From Paragordius varius (lineage: Eukaryota > Animalia > Nematomorpha): a DNA stretch of 64,000 nt. A program made the translations under genes and the position numbers. Below are positions 26,749 through 38,512 of this stretch, in pieces (the first letter of the stretch is position 1; each line of letters opens with the position of its first letter). The notes below the pieces were generated by a model. It was given only the letters and a program-made list of their open reading frames with translations. It was not told where the DNA came from and did not search any database. The DNA lies in contig OZ176052.1 in the NCBI GenBank assembly GCA_964247055.1, positions 10,230,001-10,294,000 on the forward strand. The letters are read 5' to 3'.

Positions 26749-29700
26749 CTACCTTCTATGTTTTATATTTAAAAATGATTTAAAAACAGCATGATTGCCA
26801 AATATTTTACATTTAGCCTTTTCAATTTTGGTTATTTTTGAATTCCGTGGTTTGAGTTGTTGCGAACGCGTTTCAGATTGTTGTCCCTTTTTTTCATCCA
26901 ATTCCAAACATTTCAAAGCATACAATTTGGCTTTAGCTATTTCTTTTTCAATCCGTTGTGCCGGAGTTAGTTTCATATCTTCTTTAAGTGATTTCTTTTG
27001 TTTTCGATGTCGCGCTATAGATTCCTTATCCCCCTTTGTTGGTTTTCTAATATCCAGGCGAACTCGTTCTATTTAAGACAACAATAATAATAATAATAGG
27101 TAGTTATTTTAGAATAATATAATCACTAATCAGAGTGAAAATTGAATTTTAAAGACAAAAGGTAAGACAACGTAAAAATTTATAAAAAACAAACATATTT
27201 ATACAATTTTGAATTTAAATTATAGTCTAGGAATAAGGAATAGGGATGTAAATTAATAACACATTATTTTTTATATTTAAAAATTATAATCACACAAATA
27301 TTAATAAAAAAGTTGTCATTATAAATTTTTTGGTTTTCCTTTTTGTCTTAATAATTTTAATTTTATGATGGGATAAAAATTAAAAAATGAAACTGATAAA
27401 AATAAATAAAAAATGTTTAGCTATAAAAGTCGCAGATAATCCACATTATAACAATAAAATGATCTAATGTAAAATAAAATTTTAAAGTTATTGGTTTTTT
27501 TTCGTTAAAGACTTTTGAATAAAAATCGAAAATTAAAATTTTTATTTTATTTCATACGCATTCAAGCTTATTTTAAATTTTATTGGCAACTTTCTTCTGC
27601 AAGTCTTTCTCTATGGCTCAAAAACCAGGTCCGCTTGGGTCGTTTCAATATTTCAGCCTGATGATCAATAATTTTTTGTGCTTTATGAATTCTACGCTCC
27701 GCGATATCAAGATGTTTGTCAAAATTTTCTGCTTTTAGGGCCGTCGATATTTTTTCTTCAAGAGCGTCTAATCGATTGCGAAAATCTGTAATAACTGATG
27801 GGTCTATCCTGCGTGTGTATGCTTCATTGTTATCTGCAGGGCAAAAGTATTTTACAGCAATATATAAAATAATTTATAAAGGCAAAACCTAAAAAGCAAA
27901 AGACAAAAATTAAAATATAAAGGCTTGATTTTTATTTTACTAACCTTTAAGTTTACAATATACAAACATATCATAGAGTAAGTAGCTATTTCCTACATCT
28001 CTACTACTTATTTAAACCTCAGAATATATATTTAGAGAAAGTATGGTTTAAAATATAATTCTTTTGAAAAAATATATATTAGTTGAGTTTTTACCTTTAA
28101 TCGTTAAAAATTAAATTTTACTGTAATAGAGTATTAGTGTATTTATACTTGTAGTAACAGTATTTTTGATAATTTCACGGTATCTAACCCTTTCATTGTC
28201 CCCAACTAAGGATATTGCACTAATGTAATATGAAATATGATGCAGAATCGACAGTACTTAAAAATCTATAAATATTATTTTAAAGCCTAATTTTAATGAG
28301 CTGGATTTTTTTTTGTTTTGAAATTTACTCTTGCAAATATTATATATTAGAAAAAGATAATAATTCAAACTGTTAAATAAGTTATCAAGGAAATTAAGTT
28401 TGTTCAAAATATTTTTTGGATTCCCATTTTAAAAATTATTAATTATAAATCACTTAAACTAATTTATTCCTTATAGTAGTAACCAAAGATAATAAATTTA
28501 TTCCAAGTTTTGGGTTCCTTATTTGAAAGTTAATATTACTTTCCAATTTTGCCAGCGCGAGCTGTCCGTCCTACACGATGTACATAAAGTTTGTAATTAT
28601 TGGGTAGAGTAAAATTAACTACGGTATTGACTGTGGGAATATCCAAACCTCTGGAAGCAAGATCCGTACAAATGAGCGCCTGTATACTACCTTCCTTAAA
28701 ATTTTTTAACGCTTCTATTCTCTGTTTGCAAAATTGAGGAGAGACATTATAATTTATACAAAAAAAGTGAATACACAGAAAATTTAATGTAATAAACTTG
28801 TAATAAGCATGAAATTTAAAAATTTAAATTGCTTAATATAAATGTGTTTTTAGTTTTACATTTAGTTTTATTTTTTAAAAAAACGGGTGTTTATAAAAAG
28901 ATTATTGGATAAAAGGTATAAAATTTAAGATTAAAATTTGATTGTCAAAGTAATACCAAATGTTGTTTCAAATTTCCATGTAGTTCCCCAACCTCAAACC
29001 CCAGCAACTTTAATTGTGTGGCAAGACGGTGAGTTTGGACTCGAGTTTGCACAAAAACAAGCACTCCACCTTCATTTAAATTTCGTGTTAATAGCGCTAA
29101 AATAGGGTAAAATATTAAATTTTTTTATATATCTAAATAAAATTATATCAGGATTTCAAATCGAAGATACATGTTTAAACTAGGCAGACCCTTCAAAGTT
29201 GGCTTAACACATAAAGGGAAAAAATCTTATCGAGTCAAATGAATATATAAGTAATAAATTGGATAAAAAATCCTTAACTCTAATGGCCCGTTGAAATGAA
29301 TTTTTATTGATAATAACCTATTATACCTTAAAGCAGAGGTGTCCAACACAATTGGCTTCACGGGCCGCATTTTCAAATCAATAAATCGGACGGTTCCGCA
29401 TTCCAAAAATATATGGAAATTAACAAATATTTTAGATTTTAATACGGTAAAAACTACCATTTTTAATATAATTTGGCTAGTTTTCCCAAATAAAGAAAGA
29501 ATTTATTTAGAAGATTTGTTAAAAGAAGATTAATTTTACTTAGTTTTAGGAAAAAATTTTATTTGAAATTTCTCGCGGGCCGCAGAAATATTTTGGAAGT
29601 CCGAGTGTTGGACACCCCCCTTTAAAGTATATGATTAAAATCCTGTAGACTAACTTACAAAACAATAATTAAATATATAACTATTTGCCGTTCAAAAAAA

Positions 29701-31757
29701 AACAAAATAAATTAAAACTTAAAATGATGTGGTAATTTATTTGGAAATTTTATAATTGTAATTTTCAATCGATTTCCATATTGATTTAATAATTTCGATT
29801 TAATTTTCGTTCACTCCAACATTATTTTACAAAATATCTATATTCAATGTTTTTAATCATTTGTATAACAGCACGAACAAACCTGCTAAAATGGCTTCTC
29901 TATCCTCTTCTCTTTGTTGTCGGATGCGTATAAATTCTTGTCGCAAAGTTTCAGGTATGGTAATGTTGGAATTAACAAATATTTTAATTGGGTCCTTCAA
30001 TGTTATACGAGCCAAATCATTTATCTTCTCAGTCATTGTGGCAGAAAAAAGAAGCGTTTGACGATAAGGTGTATTACAAAGTTTAAGTATGTGAACCATT
30101 TGCACGGCAAAAAATTCATCTAACATTCTTTGCAAAAAAATGAAAATATTATGAGTTTTTTATTTGAATAAAGAGAAATAGAAAACTAAGGAATAAAATT
30201 TAAAATTTTATCTGCCAATAAAAAAAACATACCTATAGATTTGTCCTATATTTACAGATTCATTTGATTTTTCATATAACTAAGTTGCTATTAATATTAT
30301 TGATAATCACAATTTCCTTATTGTAAAATTAGGATCATTTTATCTTATGTACTGCCAGTATTTAATAATAAGGAGTAACTAGAGAGATGTTAATTTAGAT
30401 CAATAGAATTTTTAAAACATACATCATTTTTGTTGCTAATTTGTGTTTACTAAAAAAAAGTATACGTTATAACAGTTAAAAACTCACAAATTGGTACTAA
30501 TAACTTTTAAGTTTAAATAAAGTAGGCAAATTTTATGAAAGAAATTAATCAAACCTATCAGCTTCATCCAAAACCAATATTTCAACAGTGGAAAGGTTGA
30601 AATCTGGTGAATTCTGAATATGATCAATAAGTCGACCTGGTGTAGCGATAACGATTTCAGGTTTACGTCTTAAGGCTTGTTCTTGTGTCTTAATATTTAA
30701 ACCGCCGACACAAAGTGCAATGCTCACTCGATTACTGATAAATTGAGAAAATTGATTTGCTACCTATTTAATATTATGATATATAAAATATGCAACATTA
30801 TTAACATATAGAATATAGAGATAAAATTTAATTTAAAGAAACATTAAAAATTAACAAATATTTTTTTATAAAGAAAATAAGATGAGATCTAAATCGGCTA
30901 GACATATCACAATTATAGTAAAAAATTATATAGAAAAAACAAAAATATAGTTTCCTTAAAAAATATTAGACTGTTTACTTAATTTGTTTTGTTTTTATGA
31001 TTTTGATTTTTAATAATTAATTCTACATGTCTATTTAAAAATGCAGAAATGACAAGCGCTTGATTAATTTTTACTGTAACTTAAAAGTTACTACGCAATT
31101 TTAAAATTATCATAATTAGTATACAGGCGTATTATAAAGCTTCTAATTACACAAAAATAAGGTCATATAATTTTAATTAAAATATATGTTTTTATATTTT
31201 TTATGGTTTTTTAAATTTTGTACCAAATAGTATTTAATAACAAAACCTGGTAAACTTGTAGACCCAATTCACGTGTTGGAACCAAAATTAACACACGAGT
31301 GGCCGGTTCAGTATCATCCATTTTATGATAAAATCTTTCGAAAATCGGCAATATATATGCTATTGTTTTACCGCTTCCGGTGGCAGCACATGCGCATACA
31401 TCTCTTCCCTTTAATATAAAATCTACGGCTTTGGCTTGAATTGGGGTTGGTTTATAAAAATTTAGAGTACTTAATCCCTAAAATTTACTTAAAAATGCTT
31501 ACTTTCAAAAGAGGCTTAGACAAATTTAAATCTGAAAAACTCAGTTTTTGTTTTTCGATAAACTTTTTAATCTTTTTGTTTTGATGAATATTCTGATTAA
31601 TTAAATATAAACAAAACTTTAACAATATCGGGCTTGTGATTCGTGATTGGCATAAATTTTTTCTAATATATATAAATATTATTACTGATGGAGTGGGTGT
31701 AAATCCATCAAAACAGAAATCTGCGTTAAACTCTTCTTCAGTAGCCGATGGTCCCAT
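26749..31757 (-). CDS. DDX27: DEAD-box RNA helicase DDX27/Drs1 (60S ribosome biogenesis), ~615 aa
   Basis: Exons (minus) 31757-31686, 31662-31618, 31592-31503, 31477-31247, 30763-30555, 30127-29883, 29096-28957, 28721-28540, 28219-28149, 27833-27591, 27068-26749; total 1848 nt in frame. Q motif [84 protein letters not shown]. Exact start codon uncertain. Confidence 0.93.
29334..29619. mobile_element. hAT (Buster-type) MITE in a DDX27 intron
   Basis: TIR CAGAGGTGTCCAACAC / GTGTTGGACACCCCC; flanks CCTTAAAG / CTTTAAAG (8-bp TSD, central TA). Confidence 0.8.
31478..31502 (-). other. Ultra-short intron, 25 nt, phase 0 (DDX27 intron 3)
   Basis: GTAAGCATTTTTAAGTAAATTTTAG; consensus donor and TTTTAG acceptor. 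Retention gives an in-frame TAA. Removal restores the ungapped Q motif LSKPLLK|[14 protein letters not shown]. Confidence 0.9.
31593..31617 (-). other. Ultra-short intron, 25 nt, phase 0 (DDX27 intron 2)
   Basis: GTTTTGTTTATATTTAATTAATCAG; TTAAT branch-like motif and CAG acceptor; flanked by exons of exactly 45 and 90 nt. Confidence 0.65.
31663..31685 (-). other. Ultra-short intron, 23 nt, phase 0 (DDX27 intron 1)
   Basis: GTAATAATATTTATATATATTAG. Removing it together with the next 25-nt intron (48 nt total) keeps the frame and replaces the intron-like translation [12 protein letters not shown]...FCLYLINQ with [15 protein letters not shown]. Less forced than the others because retaining both also stays in frame. 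Confidence 0.65.
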
Positions 31758-32099
31758 GCTTCGACTTACTAACAAATGTGTTTGCGTATAGTCTAAATTA
31801 GCCTTGAACTTCTAATTGATTTTAGCGTTAATTTTTCACCGCTTTTAGGCATTATTTATAACCAAAGTTAACCTATAAAACCTTCAACGTTCTAAGTGTT
31901 TATATGAATAAGAACTATTAAATAATATTTGAGATCGCTTGAATAATCATAAAAAGGTAGTTATTAGTAGATGGCTTATTATTATTTACATCAAAAAAAT
32001 GCGTCGGAATGTTGACTTTTTGATAACAAATTTACGCTCAGTCAAATCGATGGTTAATAAATAGCAGGATAAAATATATATACTCTGATTGGAAACTAG

Positions 32100-33600
32100 A
32101 TCCGGATTATCATGGTACCTTTGGTTTTGGCTATTACTAATGATATGGGAAAGTTATATACACTTTTGTGATAAGTGCTCCACGACTGAAATTGCAAATT
32201 TTTCGATAAACTTTTGGTGAAAACTAAATGCTTCATTTCAAAGATATCATTAAACTCATAAACTGCCCCTATAGATAGAAAAATAATTTATCATCAAAAA
32301 TCTTAAATTTTTAGATGTGGGCTCTAAAAGTCGCATACTCGATAAAATGGTAAGAAGCACAAAAGTGGGTAGATGCGCGATTAAGATCTTAAATATATAT
32401 TATATATACTAAATTTTGAAAAACATGCTTACCTTTTAAAAAATTTGATTTTAGCAAAATTTTGCTGAAGCGTACTTCATACTATTTCCAGACATAAAAA
32501 ATGGTATTAACACGCTAGATATCATAAAAACTTTTTATATAATTTGATGATGCAGAACATTTCTATCGTTTCATATATTAATTTAAAAGTTGAATTACTG
32601 AAAAAGCATAATTATATTTAAAATAAATTTGAAGGCTAAATATATTCAAAATCATGATGTGATGCAAATGTTAAACATCATTAATTTTTAAAGGAAAAGT
32701 GCTAATATATCTTAACATTTTGATAAACTATAATTAAGTTGATTTTGAAAAACTATTGAAAGTATCTATAGCGTAAAAATATTTTATATCAAACTACTTT
32801 GACGCCATTTTTATTTTGCAAAATATTTGCAAAATACCGTGTTTATCTGCTTCTAAGGCTAAAATTAAGTTTACATTTTTCAAATCACATCTAACATAGA
32901 AATAAAAAGGTGGGTTATTTCGTAGTATTTTTTAATTTGGCTAATATACACACGTCATGATCGTTAAATTTTTATCTTAATGTTTTACCGAAAAATAAGT
33001 AATTAATATATTGAATGATTTACTATATTTCGGTTCTTTAATGTTATATTAGTGCAAACATTTGTCATGGTTTTTAATTCAACCTATATTTTATTGAAGT
33101 ATAGTTTAAAGCCTCGATTATCCAACGACCCCAATTAGTATCGAAGGATTGAAAATGTGTTGTAAGTGTTCTAGCATTTTTATATTGTTTCCATCATGGC
33201 AGTATTATTTACGCTTCAACAAAATTTTGCTAAAAATTAAATTTTTGAAAAAAGTATGCACTTTTTAAAAACTATTATTATTTAATATCAAAATTTGGCA
33301 TATATTTATCAACTTTATCCGACAATCCTGGCATTTTGCGTTTATTTAAGAACTAGCTCATTTTAGAAGATCGAAAAAAATTGTATGCTTCGCAGGCATA
33401 AAAATTATTTTTTTATTATTTTTATAAGTAGTTTATGAAATATTTTAGTGATATTTTTGGAATGAAGCATTAAGCTTTCACCAAAAAATTTATAAAAATG
33501 TAGAAAAATTCGCTATTTTCCTATAGTAAGAACGCAGAAGTTGTATAGAACCTTCATCACTCGTATGGGCCCAAACAAAAAGCATCCTGATAATCATGAT
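32100..33600. mobile_element. Large degenerate foldback element (inverted arms ~32100-32520 and ~33160-33600)
   Basis: For example ttttagcaaaattttgctgaagcgta (32450) versus tacgcttcaacaaaattttgctaaaa (33210). The terminal motif ccaaaaccaaaagcaccatgataat recurs at ~49735, 59970, 61385 and 63425. Confidence 0.5.
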
Positions 33601-33612
33601 ACATTTTTCTGT

Positions 33613-33616
<4 letters not shown>

Positions 33617-33658
<42 letters not shown>
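33617..33658. repeat. (AT)n microsatellite; shorter ones at ~49686-49710 and ~52553-52577
   Basis: Perfect dinucleotide run of about 21 units. Confidence 0.95.
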
Positions 33659-33660
<2 letters not shown>

Positions 33661-34675
33661 CAACATGGTATTTTTTGTGGATACTGTTTCTCTTAACCAG
33701 AAGTGTTCAACATGCGAGACTTGATTTTTTTCAAAAACAGAATTGTTTAAATATTAATAAACAATTATTTATCCTTGTTTTAGTTTCTAAATAATATTTA
33801 CAATATATCTGCACAAAACTACCACAAATGTAATCGAGGACATAAACATATAAATATTAATATGAGGCTTGCAGCCCCTTTAGTTAGCACTTGGGTACTA
33901 CGCATTAATTTCAGTCCTCCGAGAATTAGGGTCTTTGGGGACACCAGGCCTATTTAAAATCAATTTCTAAAAATATGGAACAAATTATAACCATTGCAAA
34001 AGTTTGCACTTACATAAGATTGATGCATCGTAATATAGAGAAAGTAAAAAAAACTTGATATTACTTATTTTATCGTTGAGTAAAATTTTAGTCAACATGA
34101 TATTGTACAATATAGAAATACTGCAATACTTTGTTATATATCAATGTTAAATGGCGTGGAGTAGTTTGATAAGAAGCGTTTTTTTTCGAAACTAATATTG
34201 GCTTATGGATAAAAATTATATTATGATTAAAGCATAAATTTAAATTGAAACCGTTTCTCTCAGTAGTTTTTTTAAAATCAGCATAAATATAATCTGAGTC
34301 TTTAGATTCCCGGTAAATTTGAAAAATCTTAAATATTACGCATGTTCTGTTAGAAACCACCATGCTATTTTTTAAAGTATATGGATTTAAAATATTTTAA
34401 ATCAAAAAGCCCTATCGAAGCACTATTTCATTTTAGCGCAAAACATTTACGAATTATATTTAAACTATTTTTCATTTTTTTCTTGTGTCTATTTAGCTGG
34501 CTAGGAACAGTATGTTTATTTTATATAACTTGAAAACTACCATTTATGCAAATTATAGTTTAAAAGTTTTTGAAATATTTTGATAATAGATTTTTTATTG
34601 CATCTTGATATACTCATCAAAATATATTATCCCTTTTATATAGCTCCAAAATAAAACAGCTTTTTTTGGAAATGA

Positions 34676-35051
34676 ATGGCTACCAACGGAGGTGAAGACG
34701 TTTTTTATCAAAAAGGGCCTATAAAGCTGAAAAACAAATCAAAGAAAAAGTATAAAGAGAAGAATAATTATAGGCATAAAACAAAGCCTTACGATGAAAA
34801 TTTAATTCCACCAAAAGAAGCAATAGTCAATCTTTCCAAAACCAAAGCAGAAAAAATGTTTGAAGCGCGACAACAACAAAAGGTTGGATTAAATTTAATA
34901 TTAAGATTGAAAAGGTAGCCGTCGATAAGGCTAAAAAAACACATAGACAGCGTGTTGAAGTATACAATATTTTTAATTTTAGGAATTTAATAAATATTTG
35001 GATAATCTTTCCGAATATTATGATATTCAAAAAGTTAGTTGGACGAAATAA
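34676..35051 (+). CDS. FAM32A: FAM32A, spliceosomal C*/P complex exon-ligation factor, 109 aa
   Basis: Exons 34676-34882, 34906-34959, 34983-35051. Spliced protein MATNGGEDVFYQKGPIKLK...KTKAEKMFEARQQQK|IEKVAVDKAKKTHRQRVE|EFNKYLDNLSEYYDIQKVSWTK* matches the FAM32A signatures QKGPLKLK and THKQRVEDFNRHLDTLTEHYDIPKVSWTK. The ORF track shows only exon 1 because both introns are 23 nt. Confidence 0.93.
34883..34905 (+). other. Ultra-short intron, 23 nt, phase 0 (FAM32A intron 1)
   Basis: GTTGGATTAAATTTAATATTAAG. Retention leads to TAG at 34916-34918. Removal restores the FAM32A frame. Confidence 0.9.
34960..34982 (+). other. Ultra-short intron, 23 nt, phase 0 (FAM32A intron 2)
   Basis: GTATACAATATTTTTAATTTTAG. 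Removal joins THRQRVE to EFNKYLDNLSEYYDIQKVSWTK*. Confidence 0.92.
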
Positions 35052-35939
35052 TTTATATAAATTTACTTGCAAAAATAAATATTTAATTTTATGGTCAATG
35101 TTTTATATAAACATTGTTTGAATCTTTGTTATGATTGAACAAAAAATAATGATCAGTTTGACACAATCAAATTCATTTGTTCGAGCATAAATTTTTATTA
35201 TTACATAGTATTTGTTTACATTCAATATGATACATCTTAATTAGCAGCAGTAATTTATTTTGTTTAAATTTTAAATATTTTTAATATATAAATGCTGAAC
35301 ATATATCCCAGCGCTTCGAACCGTAATCACCCAGTTTCTGGGATATAAACGGGGTTCAATGAGTTAGGACCAACCAGATTAGGGTTTCATTTTTCTTAAG
35401 ACCAATTAAATTTTGTAATTTGAAATTGACGCGGGTTTTATTATCAGAAAACTACCTTGTTGACTTATGACCTTACATATGACAGAATGAGCAATTTCGA
35501 GCCAAGAATATATTAAATAAGAATTAGTTACTACCCTATAATGATTTCTCTATTTTGGTTAACGTGAAATAATATGAGAACCAATCCTAATTCAACCGAG
35601 AAAAACACCACGTTTATTCAGCCTTGTTTTGAGACCCTTGAATTCATATGTCGTGTGTAATGATAAAATACTATTTCATCTATTATGGGTGGGTATTTTG
35701 ATAAATTTTACGGTATTAGGGGTGAGATGGAATTTAATTGTTCGCAACTATCGTGTTTGAATTTCATATGTTTTATTATTGTAGATGTACAAACTATTTA
35801 AATAAAATCCCAAGACTTTAACTATAAAGAGATTGGTATGTGTTTTGCGGACGGAAACTATTTATTAATTGGCTCAGTTTCATATTTCTGATAATGATAA
35901 CTTTATTTTTTTAAATTTCAACCTTTGAGCCTTTCATTA

Positions 35940-36241
35940 TTAGGGTGGCCCGTTTGATGCGTCGATAAAAATGTAATCTCCTTTAATATAACACTGTATC
36001 CACGGTATATCCATTTTCTTTCGATACCATCGATTCTTCGCAATACTCTTTATAATGTATCTGCGTTAATTATTCTTATGACTTTCGCGACAACCCAAGT
36101 TTTGTATGTAAATTTTCTTTTCGATTGTCGCTATAAATATCACCGTCTATTGAAATTCGCCCAAAAACATTTTTTCAATTGTAATATATATGGTTTTAGT
36201 GACTTGCTAAGGAAAACACGGAAGTCACCTTTCTCCAGCAT
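35940..36241 (-). CDS. Candidate small basic protein (85 aa) requiring two 22-nt introns
   Basis: Exons 36241-36169, 36146-36083, 36060-35940 give MLEKGDFRVFLSKSLKPYILQLKKYGDIYSDNRKENLHTKLGLSRKYIIKSIAKNRWYRKKMDIPWIQCYIKGDYIFIDASNGPP*. Visibly more GC-rich than flanks. No homology recognised, so it could be a decayed TE or chance. Confidence 0.3.
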
Positions 36242-36332
36242 TTTTCTCAAAACGGCTAAATAAGAAAATTGTGTTTTTTAAAAATTTTAATAAAAGCGTC
36301 CGAAGATCTATATCCTACTTAATTAAAAATTA

Positions 36333-37633
36333 CTAGCGTAAATCTCGTGCTGCTACCCAACCCGAGGAAGTCCTTCGGACTTCTGGGGGTGGGAGGGTCT
36401 ATTTGAAAAAAGGGATCAATAAAATGATCCATATATGTGGATTATTCCGAAACATTATTTAATAGCTATGATCTCATAGGATTTTCTAAACGGTGCATTC
36501 ATACTTATATATTGTTTACTGGTGAAAGGCCCTAAATTGACCGCTAACGGAAAAAACCGCTATACTATAATTTTTACCTTTTTATGGGTAATATTCTTTA
36601 TTGAACTCGTATGGCTTCTGTTTTTTGAAAATTAGCTCCAAAGCCACGCCATTTTTGAATGGAGTCTCAGTTTTAAACCGGTAGACCCCTACCCATAGGC
36701 CTATATGGAAAAAGCGCTAAGTTAAATTTTTTGCCTTTATAAGAAAAATATTTGGAATCATCTTTGAGACCATCGTCTCATGGGTTATTCGAATACCTTA
36801 ACACTAAATAATCGTTATAAGATGGCGTATTTTTAGGGCATAAAGGCCCCAAATTAACGGCTAATAAAGGCCTGATCTTAATTTTTACCTAGTTACGGGT
36901 AATATTTCAAACTTTAAATGAGCTCATATGGCATAAGTTTTCTTTGATTTACTTCCAAAACATAATTCTATATAATGGCGCAGTTTTTGGCGGGTAGTTT
37001 CCTACCCAAAGGCTGATAGAAAAAAAGCGCTTTAAAATTTTTGCCTTTTTAAGAATACCTAGAATCATGATTGATTCCATATGCTCTCATTAGCTTTTAG
37101 AAAAATTGCCAAAGCTAAAAAATCATTCCATGGTGGCGCATTTTTCAGGGCGTGAAGGTCCTAAATAACGGCTAATTTTTAGAAAACAAACCACCTAAAT
37201 TTTTGGCTTGTTACGGGTAATATTTTAAGCACCTATTGAACTCATAGCCTGATAGATTTTTTGAAATTTAGCCCCAAAGGCACGCTACGATATTGGCATT
37301 AAGGGGGGAGCGGGTAAAATCAGGGCCTAAATTAAAAAAGCGAGCCGACCATGTTCGACGCAATCAAAAATAAGTTGAAAAAAATCATATTTGAAATCGA
37401 ATGGTCCAACACGTTTCGGGAAAATTGTCTCAAAGACACGATTTTGTGGACTTCTATTTTCAAAAAAACCCGTTATTTACACGCGGTGGGCCCGAACTTG
37501 GGGCCTAATTCAAAAAAAGGGCGAAGCTATTGTCGAGGCATTCATTAATGATCGACATTTGAATTTGAATGGCTCTATCGGTTTTCCGGAAACAGATCAC
37601 AAAGCCACCACTTTCCATTTATAAATATATAGA
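36333..37633 (-). mobile_element. Non-autonomous Helitron (1.3 kb) with three diverged ~315-bp internal units
   Basis: A|TCTATATATTTATAAATGG 5' end at 37633, CTAG|T 3' end at 36333, same hairpin. Internal units start near 36523, 36841 and 37153 (aaggccc.aaatt.ac.gctaa...ttacgggtaatatt). Confidence 0.8.
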
Positions 37634-38256
37634 TTTGTGATTTAGAATTATATGCTACAATTTAAATTTCCTTTTTTCTTATCTTTTACCATATCAAGGT
37701 TAGTGTTTTGGAATATTAAATAATGATAACTTTTTTGAGTATATCAAAGAAATTAACTTGATTTTAAGTAGTATTTTTTTAGATTAAAAATTTAAAAAAG
37801 ATCTCTTAAACGTAGGAACAGCTCTCTTGTTAAATTGTTTAAATCTTTGATTACTCATCACTTTCAAAATATAAGAGCTAACCCTTTCGGTCTGGCAAAT
37901 ATTTTTGATGAATGGTGAACTAGACCATGAAAATTGGATAAATAGTATTAAGTCATGCATAGCTATAAAATGCATAACAACTTTACAAAAGTAATAGATA
38001 AAGCTATAAACCAGGGTTCAGTACAACTGTAAGTTTTAAAATAGAGTAACATAACATAAACCCTTTCAAGGGAAATCTGGAAAATTTTTGACAATATTTC
38101 TAATGTAGAGCCCACATGTAAAAGTAAGAAAAATGGAAAGAATTAACCCATTTAATTATATATGAGCAGAAAATTATAAAAAATTTAATGCTGTTTCCAA
38201 TTCTGATAATATATTTAAAAATATATCTTTCTACGCATTTTATTAATATATTAAAT

Positions 38257-38512
38257 CTAGGTGTCCAACACAAAGGGCTTTGCGGATCGCTTTTTTAGCT
38301 CAAAAATTAGAGGGCTGCATTTGAGATATATATGGGTATATAAATAATTAATGAAAGCATAAGACCTAAAAAGTAAACAGAAACAGACTTATTTAGAAGA
38401 AAAATCGTATCAATTTTACCAAGAGTTTGTTAACATGTATTTGCAAATTATGGATTAAAAAATTTCGTGGGGAGAGCAGAAAGTTTCTAAAGGCCGCATG
38501 TTGCCACCCCTG
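38257..38512. mobile_element. hAT (Buster-type) MITE
   Basis: CTAGGTGTCCAACAC ... GTTGCCACCCCTG; flanks TATTAAAT / TTTTAAAT. Confidence 0.7.

Noticed and set aside
28518-28539. Possible 22-nt intron GTAATATTAACTTTCAAATAAG after DDX27 motif VI
   Set aside because: Using it gives [21 protein letters not shown], a stop. The homologous sequence ([11 protein letters not shown]) resumes only at 28219, so the intron is 320 nt. This shows GT-AG pairs of micro-intron size do occur by chance.
26795-30123. Plus-strand ORFs at 26795, 29861 and 29914 (similarly 6112, 12619, 19373, 20985)
   Set aside because: Antisense or alternate-frame shadows of real exons.
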